From contig CM059432.1 in the NCBI GenBank assembly GCA_030390025.1, positions 79,238,001-79,302,000 on the forward strand: DNA of 64,000 nucleotides, given 5' to 3'. Made by a program: the position numbers and the translations under genes. The stretch is from Squalus acanthias (Eukaryota). Within the stretch, counting starts at the first letter, position 1; each line of letters opens with the position of its first letter. The notes beneath the pieces were generated by a model. It worked only from the letters and a program-made list of their open reading frames with translations, did not search any database and had not been told where the DNA came from. Below are positions 1 to 12,580 of the stretch, piece after piece.

Positions 1-3000
1 ATGTGGAGGTGGAGGCCTCTGCCGACGTGGAGGTCTCCCTCCTTCTGCACCCCTCCGGGAGGAAGAGACGAAGGAGTATCCATGTCCCTCCGTGGAAGAG
101 GAGATGATGCCCGTCGCGGGTCCTGCGGGACCCCCCCCCCCCCCCCCCCCCAGCCACCACGCACAGTCGGCGGGAGTTACCCGTCCCTTGGGAGGGTGAG
201 ACAGATCCGTCTGTCCAGCCTGTGCCTCCTGGGGGTGGGAAGGAAGCCCTACCCATGGGGGGCGCTGCAGATCTGGAGCATCCTGGAGACTAGGGCGGGC
301 AAGGCCGATGATGCTGAGCTCGGCCAGCCACACTCTGACATCTCCCGGGAGTTGCTCGACCTGGTCGACGATTTTAACAGAAACCCCCTGCCCGCTGGGT
401 TGGTGGGTGGCGGCGGGGAAGGGGAAGCCCCCTTCTCCATCTCTCTCTTTTGTGCCAAGTGTGTTGGAGGAACTTTGGATGGTTTTTCCCTGGTTTCGCC
501 ATACAGCCCGGTGTCTGAGGCGGAGGGGGGCCCAAACTGCTGCAGCTCTCCGACCTGAGCCCAGGGAAGACTCCTCTGCCCTCAATCCTGGGGGTGGGAT
601 CGTGACAGAGGTGGGACCGGCTGGTGCGGCCGAGGCGTGCAGTGCACGGGTCGGTCGTTAGCAGCAACCTCCTGGAGGAGGATGGCGACTCGGTGGAGGG
701 CACTGGGGACGATTTGGAGTCTTATCACCAGTGAAGCAGTGGATGCCCTTGTGCCCCCTACTGAGTCTCCCCTCATCCCCTTTGAGAAGCTCCAGGAATT
801 TCTGGTTGGTTGCCTGGGTCGTCGCAATAAAGTCCAGCTGCTCCATCTTTCTGTTCGCCTGGGGGACGTGCTGCTCCACCTAGTGAACATGTATGCTCCC
901 CAGACCGGTGCGCAATAAGTTTGCAGAAGTGTCCGCTATTTTATGCTCCATCAACACCAGCAAGTGCATTATCCTCGGGGTGGGTGGGGGGCGGAGGGAT
1001 TTCAACTGCACTTCGAGGCAAGGGACTGCTCTGGCGATGGGGAACTTCAGGGTCCTTCAACTTGGTGGACGTCTGGCGAAATCTCCATCCCGACTCCAGC
1101 ACCTTCACTCCCGTGAGGTTTGGAGGAGGAAGGTCCAGAAACGACTGCCTTTACATTTCCCAGACGTACGTCTCCTGCATTCTGGCGGCTTCCATGCAGC
1201 CAGTGCCTGGTATGAGCTCACTCCACAGCTCGCACGGGTAGAGTCCGCGTACTGGCATTTTAACAACCTGCTGCTGGAGGGCAAGTGGTTCCGGGATTCG
1301 TTCCGTCGATTCTGGACCGACTGGAGAAGGAAGCAGAGGGGCTTCCCCTCCTTGAGGCAATGGTGGGACGTGGGCAAGGCTCACGTCCATCTCTTCTGTC
1401 AGGGGTATACAAGGGGGCCGACCAAGAGACGGAAGGCCTGGGTCGGGCGGTTGGAGAAGGAGGTGTTCGACCTGGAGACTCGTCTCAAGCAAGTCGTCGA
1501 AGACCCGACCCTGCGGAAGGTGTACGAAGAGAAGATGGGTGAAGGAACTGCAGCTCGTCTGGTCCCGAGGCGGGTACGTGAGGTTGCGGATCCAGTTCCT
1601 CCAGGACCTGGATCACGGCTCCCGCTTCTACTTGCTGGACAAAAGGCAGGGGGTCCGTAAACAGTTCTTGGGGCTGCTGGCTGACGACCGATCCCTGGTC
1701 TCTGATCCAGAGGGCATCAGTGCCAAGGCCCGGGCCTATTACGGGGCTCTGTTCTCTCTGGATCCGTCCAGCGAGGATGCTCGCAGAGTTTTGTGGGAGA
1801 ACCTGCTGAAGGTCAGCCCGGAAAGCTCCGAACAGCTTGATGCTCCGCTAAGCCTAGCGGAGCTGAACAGTGCCATCGACCAGCTCTCTAGGGGCACGTC
1901 CCCGGGGCTGGATGGGCTGACTGTGAAGTTCCACAGGGCGTTCTGGGACGTTCTGGGGGAAAGTCTGGTGACCGGGGAGATGCCCCTTTCTTGGGGCAGG
2001 GCAGTTATCATCTTGCTGCCCAAGAGGGGCGATCTCCACCTACTTAAGAACTGGCGCCCGGTCTCCGTCCTCAGCACGGACTACAAGATCTTTGGCAGGG
2101 CAATGTCTGCTCACCTGGCCCACATGATCCATCCCGAGCTGTCCGACACGGTCCCGGGCCAGACCATCCACGACAACATCCATCTGGTCCGGGACCTGGT
2201 CCACAATTCCCAGACGGCTGGTCTGTCGGTCACCTTCCTTTTCCTGGATCAGGAGAAGGTGTTTGTGGATCACGAGTACCTCTTTGGGACTCTGCGCGCA
2301 TTCGGGTTCAGGGCGCATTTTGTCGCCCGGATCCCACTTCTGTACGCTGCCGCGAAGTGTCTGATTAAGGTAAACGGGTCTGGCCAGTTACATACCATCT
2401 GTGTGGAGCCTTTCCGGCACTTCATGTGGAAGGTGTTGATGGGACTGGCTCTGCAAGGGCCGGGCGTGGACGTCGTCCTCTCGGTTTACATCGATGACAT
2501 GCTCCTCATGGTCACGGATCCAGTTGACTTGCAGAGGATGCGCGAGTGCTAGCAGGTCTACTCTGCTGTGTCCTCTGCGAGGATCAGCTGGGAGAAATGT
2601 TCCGGATTCTTGGTGGACCAGTGGCGGGTAGACTCGCTGCTGGAGGAGTTCGGGCCTTTTTCCTGGAGTACCACTCATCTCCTCTACCTGGGAATCTACC
2701 TTAGCCCTGCCGAGGAAGCCTGGCCGGCGATCTGGCAAGAGCTGGATGCCAAAGTCACCGCTTACCTAGGACGCTGGACAGGATTGCTCCAAATGCTGTC
2801 CGACAGGGGTCGAGCGCTGGTCATAAATCAACTGGTGGCTGCTGTGCTGTGGTACCGGTTGATTACTTAGATCCTTCCCCGAGTTTGTCAACAAGATACA
2901 GAAGAAGCTTGTTGACTTCTTCTGGGACAAAAGGAAGCATTGGGTCTCTGCCGCTATTCTGAGACTCCTGCTTAGGGAGGGCGGTCAGGCGCTGGTGTGC

Positions 3001-4317
3001 ATGCGTACCCAGGCTGCGACTTTCCATCTTCAGACCCTGCAGAGACACATGTACGCTGAGGATCCTCCCAGATGGTGTGCGCTGGCGATGTATTTCTTCC
3101 ACCAGCTGCACGGCCTCAATTACGACACGTAGCTCCTGTTTATAAAACTGGGGTGTAGCCTGTCTGTCTTTTAGCAGGAACTGATCAGGATCTGGAACAT
3201 GGTCACCTCCAGCCGGATATCTCCCCCGTCAGGTGTGGCGGCTATCCGACGGGAGATGCTGCTCAGGAATCCGCACCTCCACGACCACGGTTTCAGGTGG
3301 CTAGCGGAGGGGAGGGCCCTGGCTAGCAAAGTGACCAGAGTCAGGGACATACTGGATCGTAGAGGAGCTGGCACAGCGCGTGTCCTGGCATGGCATCTGG
3401 TTCGCAGTCAAAGCCATCGAGATGCTAAATGAGGCACTCGGCCCCGACTCCACTAGGTGTGTCGAGGCTCAACCATGTGGAGCGATCCCATCCGAACTGA
3501 CCCCTATTCAGACGGAATTTTTCATCGGTGCCAGGCCCCTAAACCTCCCTCGGGAACCGGCGATTCACAGCTTGAGCCGTCTCTCGGAGATCCCTTCCGT
3601 GCCTTTCCACTGTGTACGGAGCGGTGTCCTGTATGGGCAGTTCTTGCACACTCTCCACTTTGTCTTCCTTATCTGCTGTCCGGACCCACCTTGGAGTGAA
3701 ATCTTGCCATCCGGAGGAGGCGGGGGTCCCCAGTGGAGGGCATTCTACGCGGGAGTCCTCCCCTTTTCTATTGAGGACTTGGCGTGGAGGGTGTTGCATG
3801 GAGCAGTCCTGTGCAACAAATTTTTAAGTTGGTTCACGGACTCCCAGGCCACCTGCAATTTCTGCGGCCTGGAGGAGTCAGTGTTCCATGCATAACCGAG
3901 TGTGAGAGGTTGCAGCTTCTCTTCCAATTTTTGAAGGGGCTGCTCCTCAATTTTTTGATGCACTTCTGCCCCACGGATTGGAGTGGGCAGATCGGAGGAC
4001 CTCCTTTTTGGGCTGCTCCTGGGCCTGGCCAAGTTGGCCACTAACCGGTCCAGGCAGAGAGCGGTTGTTCGGCCCGACTGCCTGCCTCTCTTCCGCGACT
4101 ACGTTCACGCCCGGGTGTCCCTGGAGATGGAGCTACGCTTGAGGCCTTCCACGACCGGTGGGCACCGGAGGTATTGCAGTGCTTCATCACCCCCAGAAAC
4201 AAAATTCTGATTTTTTTTTTTTGCATTTCATTTAAATTCTGTTTAATTTACGGTTTATTGGTTGCCCCCTTTAAAAGGGGGCACTTGCTTCGTTTTTTAT
4301 TGGTGATTTCACCAGCC
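1..4317 (+). mobile_element. Tx1-like non-LTR retrotransposon (L1 clade), decayed, 5' part outside the window
   Basis: Frameshifted ORF2: endonuclease remnants (LVDVWRNLHPDSSTFT, YWHFNNLLL), RT motifs SPGLDGLT, KNWRPVSVLSTDYKIF, LDQEK, YIDD (1539-2552), C-terminal WRVLHG...CNFCGLEESVFH zinc motif, T-rich 3' end. GC-rich with many CpGs retained. Confidence 0.88.
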
Positions 4318-4407
4318 TTCAATTACTGAAATCAACAGATAAAAGGTGTAAGTAATTAAAGATTGGGTTCTGGTACTCTTTATCCTGCACCACCTGGCTA
4401 TCTGACA

Positions 4408-4425
4408 TGGTAGCAGAGAATGGTT
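4408..4425 (+). other. Primer binding site complementary to the 3' end of initiator tRNA-Met
   Basis: TGGTAGCAGAGAATGGTT directly after the LTR end ...TATCTGACA; one mismatch to the complement of the vertebrate tRNAi-Met 3' end (TGGTAGCAGAGGATGGTT). Confidence 0.9.
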
Positions 4426-5544
4426 GCCTAAAGGTGGAGGTTGGAAACCAGTATTGTTTTGGGGACATAAAACTTGAAAGCCTAGTGACCATTGTGGAAA
4501 ATGTCAGAAAGCAAGTTTCAATAGTCGAAGTACGACTACCCTCCAATGTTCTCTGAGTCAGAATTGTATGACCAGTAGAAGAATGAAGTTGATATGTGGA
4601 CACGGGTTACTGCTCTACCAAAGAGAAAATAAGGCATGGCCTTGACATTGTTGCTTCCTGAATGAAGTAAAATCAGTCGTTAAGGTATTTTCTGAAATGG
4701 AAGCTGATCAGTTGGATAATGATGAATGTTTTGACTTTCTAATGGATTTCCAGAATGAAATCTACAAAAGATGACCTGTTAAATGTCTATGAGGCCTGGT
4801 CAGAATTTAATAGATTTCGGAAAACGGATGGTTATTCAATGGAAGAGTATATCATGGACTTTAACAAATTGTATAAAAGGTTGGCAAAGTTTAATTTGGG
4901 AATCCCTGGATCGGTACTAGCATTGAAATTACTAGATTGTGCGAAGGTGTCTCGTATGGAGAAGCAACTTGTCCTAACTGGCGTCCAGTTCTCAGAAAAG
5001 GAGACTGTTGGAGCAGATGTCTGCTGCCTTAAAAAAAATTCCTGGGGAGTCAGTCATTCCCTTCAGCCTTCATGGAACAAATGAGGCATTACGCCGTGAC
5101 ACAAAGAATAAAAGATTCAATGGTTACCAGGTTTCAAAATATTCCCAATACCGGACGCAGGCGTCAATATAACAGAAGGATTAAAGACAGACAGAATGGT
5201 GAGGAAAGCACGTATAGAAAATCCGGCTATATCAACAGAAGACGAAATTGGGACAATAATAATGGGCAAATTAATTCCAGGAATGCCCAAGGAAAACTCA
5301 ATAGATGCTTTAGATGTGACTCCAAGTATCATTATGCGGTGAATTGCCCAGAACGAAGATGCAAAGTCTTTGAAATGACACATAAAAAAGTATCTCTGAG
5401 GATGAAGATCATGATTAATATGAACTGATTATTCTGGTCACAAGGAGTTTTAATCCTGTGATGAATGTATTAGTCATGGACTCCTTTAATTGTACGGTAT
5501 TAGTGCATGTACTTCAACTGTATGCGGGGTAGATTGGTTAAAAT

Positions 5545-5782
5545 CTGAAATAAAAACAGAAACTGCTGAAAATACTCAGCATGTCAGGCAGCATCTGTGG
5601 AGAGAGAAACAGAGTTAACGTTTCAGGTCGATGACCCTTTGTCGTTCTGACGAAGGGTCATCGACCTGAAATGTTAACTCTGTTTCTCTCTCCACAGATG
5701 CTGCCTGACATGCTGAGTATTTTCAGCATTTTCTGGTTTTTTTATTTCAGATGTCCAGCATCCGCAGTATTTTGCTTTTGTT
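5545..5782 (+). mobile_element. Fold-back Penelope-like non-autonomous element (family A) with hammerhead motif
   Basis: ~100-bp inverted arms plus a ~30-nt tail, flanked by direct repeat TTGGTTAAAAT (5534-5544, 5783-5793), inserted in the Copia protease region. Confidence 0.8.
5644..5678 (+). ncRNA. Minimal type I hammerhead motif (family A, stem III variant)
   Basis: gtt-CTGACGA-a-GGGTC-atc-GACCT-GAAA-tgtt-aac; the ACGT palindrome of stem III is changed to ATGT in this arm. Confidence 0.6.
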
Positions 5783-6192
5783 TTGGTTAAAATATTATCT
5801 TGATTCACGAATTACTGATGGTTGACGCAAGGTTAAGGAACATAAATGTACGACATGCTTTAGGTTTGGAGATGACAACAATTTGAGGTTACTCGAGTGG
5901 TAATTCCATGTAAAATAGCTGGAGTAAGCCATTTTATAAGTACGGATGTAATCTCTAATGAGATACCTATGCTTTTGAGTAAACCATCCATGAAAAAGGC
6001 ACAAATTAAACTGGTCATGGAACACGATAAGGCAATTATTTTGGGGAAATTGGTTGATCTGCAGTTTAACCAGTCAGGACATTATCTTATTCCCTTAACA
6101 AAACCTGATGTTTCTCATCAACATGTTAGGCAAGTATTAATGGCATCAGGATAAGGATTAGAGAATGAAAAAAAAATTGTCTTAAAGTTACA

Positions 6193-7582
6193 ATTTTTTA
6201 ATTCATTCATGGGATGTGGGCGTTGCTGGCAAAGCCAGCATTTATTGCCCATCCCTCATGGCTCTTCAGAAGGTGGTGGTGAGCCATAGTGCTGATAGGG
6301 AGGGAATTCCAGGATTTTGACTCCGCAACGATGAAGGAACGGTAATATATTTCCAAGTTGGGATGGTGTGTGATTTGGATGGGAACTTGGAGGTGATGGT
6401 GTTCCCATGCACCTGCTGCTCTTGTCCTTCTAGGTGGTAGAGGTCGCGGGTTTGGGAGGTGGTGTTGAAGAAGCCTTGGTACACACTGCAGCCACGGTAC
6501 ACCGGTGGTGGAGTGAATGAATGTTTAAGGTGGTGCATGGGGTGCCAATCAAGTGGGCTGCTTTGTCCTGGATGGTGTTGAGCTTCTTGTGTTGTTGGAG
6601 CTGCACTCATCCAGGCAAGTGGAGAGTATTCCATCACACTCCTTACTTGTGCCTTGTAGATGGTGGAAAGGCTTTGGTGAGTCAGGAGGTGAGACACTCA
6701 CTGTAGAATACCCAGCCTCTGACGTGCTCTTGCAGCCACAGTATTTATGTGGCTGGTCCAGTTAAGTTTCTGGTCAATGGTGACCCCCAGGGTATTGATG
6801 GTGGCAGATTCGGCGATGCTAATGCCGTTGAATGTCAAGGGGCGGTGGTTAGACTCTCTTGTTGGCGATAGTCATTGTCTGGCACGTGTGTGGCGCGAAT
6901 GTTACTTGCCACTTATCAGCCCAAGCCTGAATGTCGTCCAGGTCTTGCTGCATGCGGGCATGGACTGCTTCATTATCTGAGGAGTTGCGAATGGAACTGA
7001 ACACTCTGCAGTCATCAGCGAACATCCCCGATTCTGAACTTTATGATAGAGGGAAGGTCATGGATGGAGCAACTGAAGATGCTTGGGCCTAGGACACTCC
7101 ACTGAGGAATTCCTGCAGCAATATCCTGGGGCTGAGATGATTGACCTCCAACAACCACAACCATCTTCATTTTGTGCAAGGTATGACTCCAGCCAGTGTG
7201 GATTTTTCCCCCTGATTCCCATTGACTTCAATTTTACAGGGGCTCCTTGATGCCACACTCGGTCAAATGCTGCCTTGATATCAAGGGCAGTCACTGTCGC
7301 CTCACCTCTGGAATTCAGCTCTTTTGTCCATGTTTGGGCCAAGGCTGTAATCCGGTCTGGAGACAAGTGGTCCTGGCAGAACCCAAACTGAGCATCAGTG
7401 AGCAGGTTATTGGTGAGTAAGTGCCACTTGATACCATTGTCGACGACCCCTTCCATCACTTTGCTGATGATTGAGAGTAGACTGATGGGGTGATAATTGA
7501 CTGCATTGGAATTTTCCTGCTTTTTGTGGACAGGACATACTGGGCAGTTTTCCACATTGTCAGGTAGACGCCAGTGTTGTAG
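6193..7582 (-). mobile_element. 5'-truncated CR1-clade LINE (a second family) nested in the Copia integrase
   Basis: RT motifs NYHPISLLS, QFGF, ALDIKAAFDRVWH and YKAQVRSVMEYS; splits the Copia KLH..FAHP motif. Confidence 0.85.
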
Positions 7583-8410
7583 CTAATAGATAATTTGCCC
7601 ACCCTACTTGTCAACATTTAAAACTCCTGCTAAAAGATGCAGGTGAAGTTGATGAGGCGTATGCAAGGATAATAGAAGAGATTAGCGAGAACTGTGAAAT
7701 CTGTACAAAGTATAGAAGGACGGCCCCACATCCTATTGTAAGTCTTCCATTGGCACGTGACTTTAACGAGGTAGTTGCCATGGATCTAAAGGTATGGGAC
7801 AAAGACAGAAATGTTTTCTTTACATTTTATTGACCTGGCTACGAGATTTAGTATTTTTAAACTAATATATAGTAAGAAGAAGAAGGTTATTGCAGATTAA
7901 AATTATGGAAAAATGGATAGGGGCTGGACTTGGGACACTAGCAAAGTTTTTGACCGATAATGGAGTTGAATTCGCTAATAAGGAGTTCAGAGATATGTGT
8001 GAGAATATGAATATTGTCATGAATACAACAGCTGAGAGCCCTTTTAGGAATGGTCTTTGTGAAATGGATCATGCTGTGATTGATGACATGGTGCGTAAAA
8101 TTTTGGCTGATCGACCAAAGTTTAAATTGTCAACTGCCCTAGCATAGGCAGTTCACACACACAATTCTCTTCAGATGGTTGGAGGATATAATCCTTACCA
8201 ACTAGTCTATGGACACAATCCCAAATTACCTTCTGTTCTTTGTGATGATCTTCCTGCTCCCGAATGTACTTCAATTAGTGCTAAAAAAAATTCTGAGCAT
8301 TTAATGCAGAGTGACAGGCTTTTACCAAGGCTGAGGTATCCAAGAATATTCGTAGAGCACTGAGGCATCGTATTGGACTGTCTGAGACAGAGTTCAATTC
8401 AGGAGATTTG

Positions 8411-10356
8411 GGGCTGAATTTTGCCGTCGCTCAGAGTGCGGGTTTGGAGGTGGGTCCGCTGTCGAAATAGCAAAGATTGACTGGGTAGGAAACCCGCTGT
8501 TACCCCGCCTCCACACAAGTATCTCGGGTGTCGGGTCTGCCTGCGCAGAACTGGCCCGACACCAAGCGGCGGGGGAGACAATTGAGATCATTAAATGGCT
8601 TGTTTACAGCCAATTTAGTGCTATTTTGAGCCTACCTTCTAATTTTACGTGCTCCCCCACAGGTTACCCGCTGCTCGGGGAACATGCCAGCTCACCCTGG
8701 CGTGAGTTGAGTCTGCTTTGATTTATCTGATAACCTGACAGCTGCAGAAGTGGTATAAAGGATACCATGTTGCAGCTGTTCAGTTTCAGAGCTCAGAAAC
8801 TGTTGTTTACTGCATTTGTAAGACATAGAGAGATTTCTTTAGCTTGCAAGTGTTTAGAGCCAACTGTATATCCAGTGGCACCTCATTGGAACAACCTCAC
8901 TCACCATTGACAGATCGCTTCTGTCATCGCAACTGCAGCTGCCTTCTATTCCAGCAACATCGGTGCCCTTGAACAAAAATCACACCTTGGTCCTCTGAAT
9001 CGTTCCATGATCAGCCCCAGCACCAACATCACCAGGCACACCAACATCACCAACAACACCAACCTTCAACGCCATCACCTGATGCTGCACAGGACACGGG
9101 GCATCAGCAACTGACAGCATTGCTGCCCGGGAGGCCAGCGATGGCATCACCATGGCCAGATTTACTTCACTTGATGCTGTCACATGATGCGCTTGGTTGA
9201 CACCATCGCACACCAGTACCATAAAGCATCCCTATAATGTCCAAGACATTCCTTTCACACTCATCACAATAGCAGAGGGGGGGTGGTTGAGGGGAAGTTA
9301 TGTTTCAACATTCACTGGAACTCACTAAGACACTTCTCAAGGTGCGCACAGATCTGTCCAATAAGGTGAAGTTTTGAAAATATAGATTTCAATGTATGAC
9401 AACACATTACCAGAAACTTCACATGAACATTGGCTAAACCTCTCAAGTGCCTACCCTTGTGTTTTGTGAGTTGGTATGCTTGCAGTAGGATGAGGGTGAG
9501 TGTGAGGGGTGGCTAATGAGATGGGGAAATGATAATGTAGATAGAGGGGGATGGGTGAAGGTGCAAGGTAAGTTGGTGTGAGTAAGGATGTGCAGGAGTA
9601 GGGTATGGAAGGCAGAGTGATGGGGATGTGATGAGTTGCACAGCAGGGTGAGTTTGAGTGTGGCTTTGCAGTAACATTTCGTGATCTACTGAGATCATTG
9701 AAAGGTTGGCGCCACTGCAGCCAGGGGACTCCTGAGGACATCCCTGCTTGTGTCCTCCTGTGCAATGTGCAACCAGTCTGCGCTGATCTCCTGGGGAGGT
9801 CTCTTCCACCCATGAGAATGGAAGATAACCTCCCTGTATGCTGTGACTCCCTCCATAAGCATATGGAGGGAGTCATGCGAGAGCCTGGGTGCAGACGTGC
9901 ACCTTTGTGCAGTGCTTGTCAGTATTTGCAGTACCTCAATGTTGCAGAACACTGACAGCACAACTGTCAAAATCAATGTGGCCGTGGTCCCTTTAAGGAA
10001 ACCGGCTGATGACGCGTCAGCCAATTATGTCATCAGACCCGCTTTCTGTTAATTAGCCAGGAACCCCGCAGGGCGGGCTTAACGAGGCCAATCTACGGAA
10101 AATCATTTTCAGAGAGCGGCTGCAGACAGGAGCGGGACCGGAACCCGCCCACCAGCTCTTCCGCTGTCATCCCGCCTCCCAGGCAGCAATGCTGTCAGGT
10201 ACTGATGTCCTGTGCAGCATCAGGTGATGGCGTTGAAGGTTGGTGGTGATGTTGGTGTGCCTGGTGATGTTGGGGCTGATCGTGGAAGGATTCAGAGGAC
10301 CAAGGTGTGATTTTTTTTTTTTCCCCAAGGGCACCGATGTTGCTGGAATAAATAGC
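8411..10356. mobile_element. PIF/Harbinger-derived element with a Myb/SANT-like ORF remnant, nested in the Copia
   Basis: Begins GGGCTGAATTTT, matching the termini of 18513-19378 and 49535-50356. Minus strand 9680-9900 reads APRLSHDSLHMLMEGV...REVIF...WLHIAQE...WLQWRQPFNDL. Splits Copia FNSGDL/VYYKR. Confidence 0.75.
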
Positions 10357-11768
10357 ATACTACAAAAGAAAGGGTCATAGGGAATGGAAAGCCCCTAGTA
10401 AGGTAATAGGTCATGATGGTAAGACGGTACTTGTCAACCATGGCAATCAAACTTTTAAGGTTCATTCCTCATGACTAATTGGAATTAATTATAATATCTC
10501 AGACTCAGCAATTGATAGAAGTAAATGAGGCACCCTAGACCTCAAATGTTCATGATTTTTTGATGAGGTTCCTGAGGAACAGAATGAGGTAGATCAAGGG
10601 CTGGACAGTGGTAATATGAGTGATGATGACACACACGACATATCTATCACATCCACGGAACAGTTACCCAAAGTGGGGACACAGGTGACATATGTTCCAG
10701 AGGGACTAATGAATAGAGAGATGCGACAATTTTGGGACGTGCAGGAAAAACTACTGGTAGGTTTAAATTTTGGTTGAATGTTCAGGATGATGGGCAAGAA
10801 GCGAGGTCCATGGACTGGCAGAATGGGTGAAAGAGTGGAAAGTAAGAAAGCGCAGTACAAGTAGTGATGGGGAGTCCAGAGGTGACTCTCGTGTCAGAAA
10901 ACGATCATGAACTAGAGAAAGAGCCTCCGATAGTGTAAGAGAGATCGCGCTGTAGTAGTCCCTACAAACATAAAAGTAGAAGTAGAGGCGTTGGCTTGAA
11001 TAGATCAGACAAAGACCTAAAGAGACAGCAATTGCAAAGCTTGAGTGGTCAGTTGAACTAGTTGTGCACTCAGACTTGATGTGTTGGAATTAAGTACTTC
11101 AATGAAACACCCCATAGTAGAGAATGTTTTAAGAGCAAATAAAACATTAAGAAAATTAAATCTGGAAAAATACGTACTTTAGTTCCCATCCTTAGGTGAC
11201 CCAAAAAACATGAAGCTAGTTATCTTTAGCGATGCTTCACATGCTAATCTTCCTGATGCTTATTCTAATGCAGCTGGTTTCAAAGTGTTTCTTATGAGTG
11301 AGAATGGGAAATGTTGTCATTTATCTTGGGAATCTAAAAAAATAAAAAGGGTTGTTAAAAGAACATTGGCTCTTGAGGAGGCAGTAGATATTCTATTTGG
11401 CAAGTATCTTGAGTGATATCCTGTACAATGGGAGTACTGAAGGTAGTATACCCATTGAATGTTCTGTAAACAATCGTTCATTGTGGGATAATGTACACTC
11501 TATGAAAAATGTGAGTGAGAAAAGATTAAGGATTGACCTTGCTAGGTTGAAACAAATGCTTGAGAGAAAGGAAATCTCTAAAATTAAGTGGATGGATTCT
11601 GGATTCAAACCATCAACTGTCTGATTGTTTTGCTAAAAGTATATGTACAAAGAATTTATTAGGGGTCCTGGAGAAGGGTCATTTCACAATGTAGTGCTTT
11701 GTACAAAGTATGAAGTCTTTAATTTGAAACTTAAAAAAAAAAATTATTTAAAGCAAGTGAAGGGAATC

Positions 11769-11996
11769 TGTTAATTGTATTCAAGTGGTGTATAGCAATT
11801 GGGTGTTAATTGTATTCAAGTGGTGGGAATCAATTGCGGATTCTCTTGTGCACATATATGGGAGTAAGCTGAGGAAGGGTTGCAAGCTTATCTTTGGGGT
11901 GCACAGCATGTAATGTGTGTCTCTGTAAATAAAGGCTTGTAAGCAACTAAAGACTAAGTTCTAGTACTCTATCCTTCACTAGCTGGCTATCTGACT
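11769..11996 (+). repeat. 3' LTR of the Copia element
   Basis: Starts TG after purine-rich AAGTGAAGGGAATC, contains AATAAA, and ends CTGGCTATCTGAC matching the 5' LTR remnant at 4337-4407. Internal 22-bp direct repeat at 11769-11790 and 11804-11825. Confidence 0.85.
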
Positions 11997-12004
11997 TTTA
12001 CACC

Positions 12005-12580
12005 CATTTCTCTGCATTGAACTGTATCAGCCAATTCTAATCTCCCTCACAGTTTGCCATGCCCCCTTTTTATTTATATCTATATATATCTATATATATC
12101 TATATATATCTATATATATCTATATATATCATAATCACAGGTACCCTATGTCTATGTGCCTTAATTTTTGTAATCTGTCTCTCATGTGGTACCTTACATA
12201 TGTAGATTGATTGCATTCCCTTTATCTCTCTGTGGTTTCCTAAAAATATTCAATGAACTTAGTCAACCACAACCTGTTTTTACAAATCCATGACTGTTAC
12301 TGGTCAGCCTTTGTCTTTCTAATTGTTCAGTAATTTCATCCCCTATTATGTAATCTAGAAGTTTGCCCACAACCAAGGTAAATCTATCTGGCCTATAATT
12401 TCCTGGCTTTTGTCCTTTCTTGAATAGGGGTGTAACTTTTTCCACTCTCCAGTTATTTGACACATTTACTGTTTCCAAAGAGGTTTGGGAAATTATGGTT
12501 AATACCTCAGCTATTTTTTCCTTAAACTCCTTTTGTATTCTGGAATACATACTCTGGATCTGGTGAATTCTCTATTTTTA
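12005..12580 (-). mobile_element. Old CR1 fragment containing a (TATATATC)n microsatellite at ~12075-12130
   Basis: NWRVEKVTPLFKKG...PGNYRP...LVVGKLL...HGF in ORF 12263..12550. Confidence 0.75.

Larger units (their letters stand above)
4337..11996 (+). mobile_element. Copia-superfamily (GalEa-like) LTR retrotransposon, decayed, most of RT deleted, carrying three nested insertions
   Basis: LTR remnant plus PBS; gag with CFRCDSKYHYAVNC knuckle (~5300-5350); protease remnant (A)CTSTVCGVDWL (~5500-5540); integrase FAHP...CEIC, AMDLK, LTDNGVEF, ESPFRNGLCE (7590-8150); RNase H IFSDAS, SWESKKIKRVV, EKRLRIDLA (11210-11630); purine tract then 3' LTR. PR-IN-RT-RH order is Copia-type. Confidence 0.88.

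Noticed and set aside
1..920. Host protein-coding ORFs of 100-185 aa
   Set aside because: Overlapping GC-rich frames contiguous with the Tx1-like ORF2; most likely decayed ORF1.
4408..4425. tRNA-Met gene
   Set aside because: Only 18 nt complementary to the tRNA 3' end including CCA, directly after an LTR, so it is a primer binding site.
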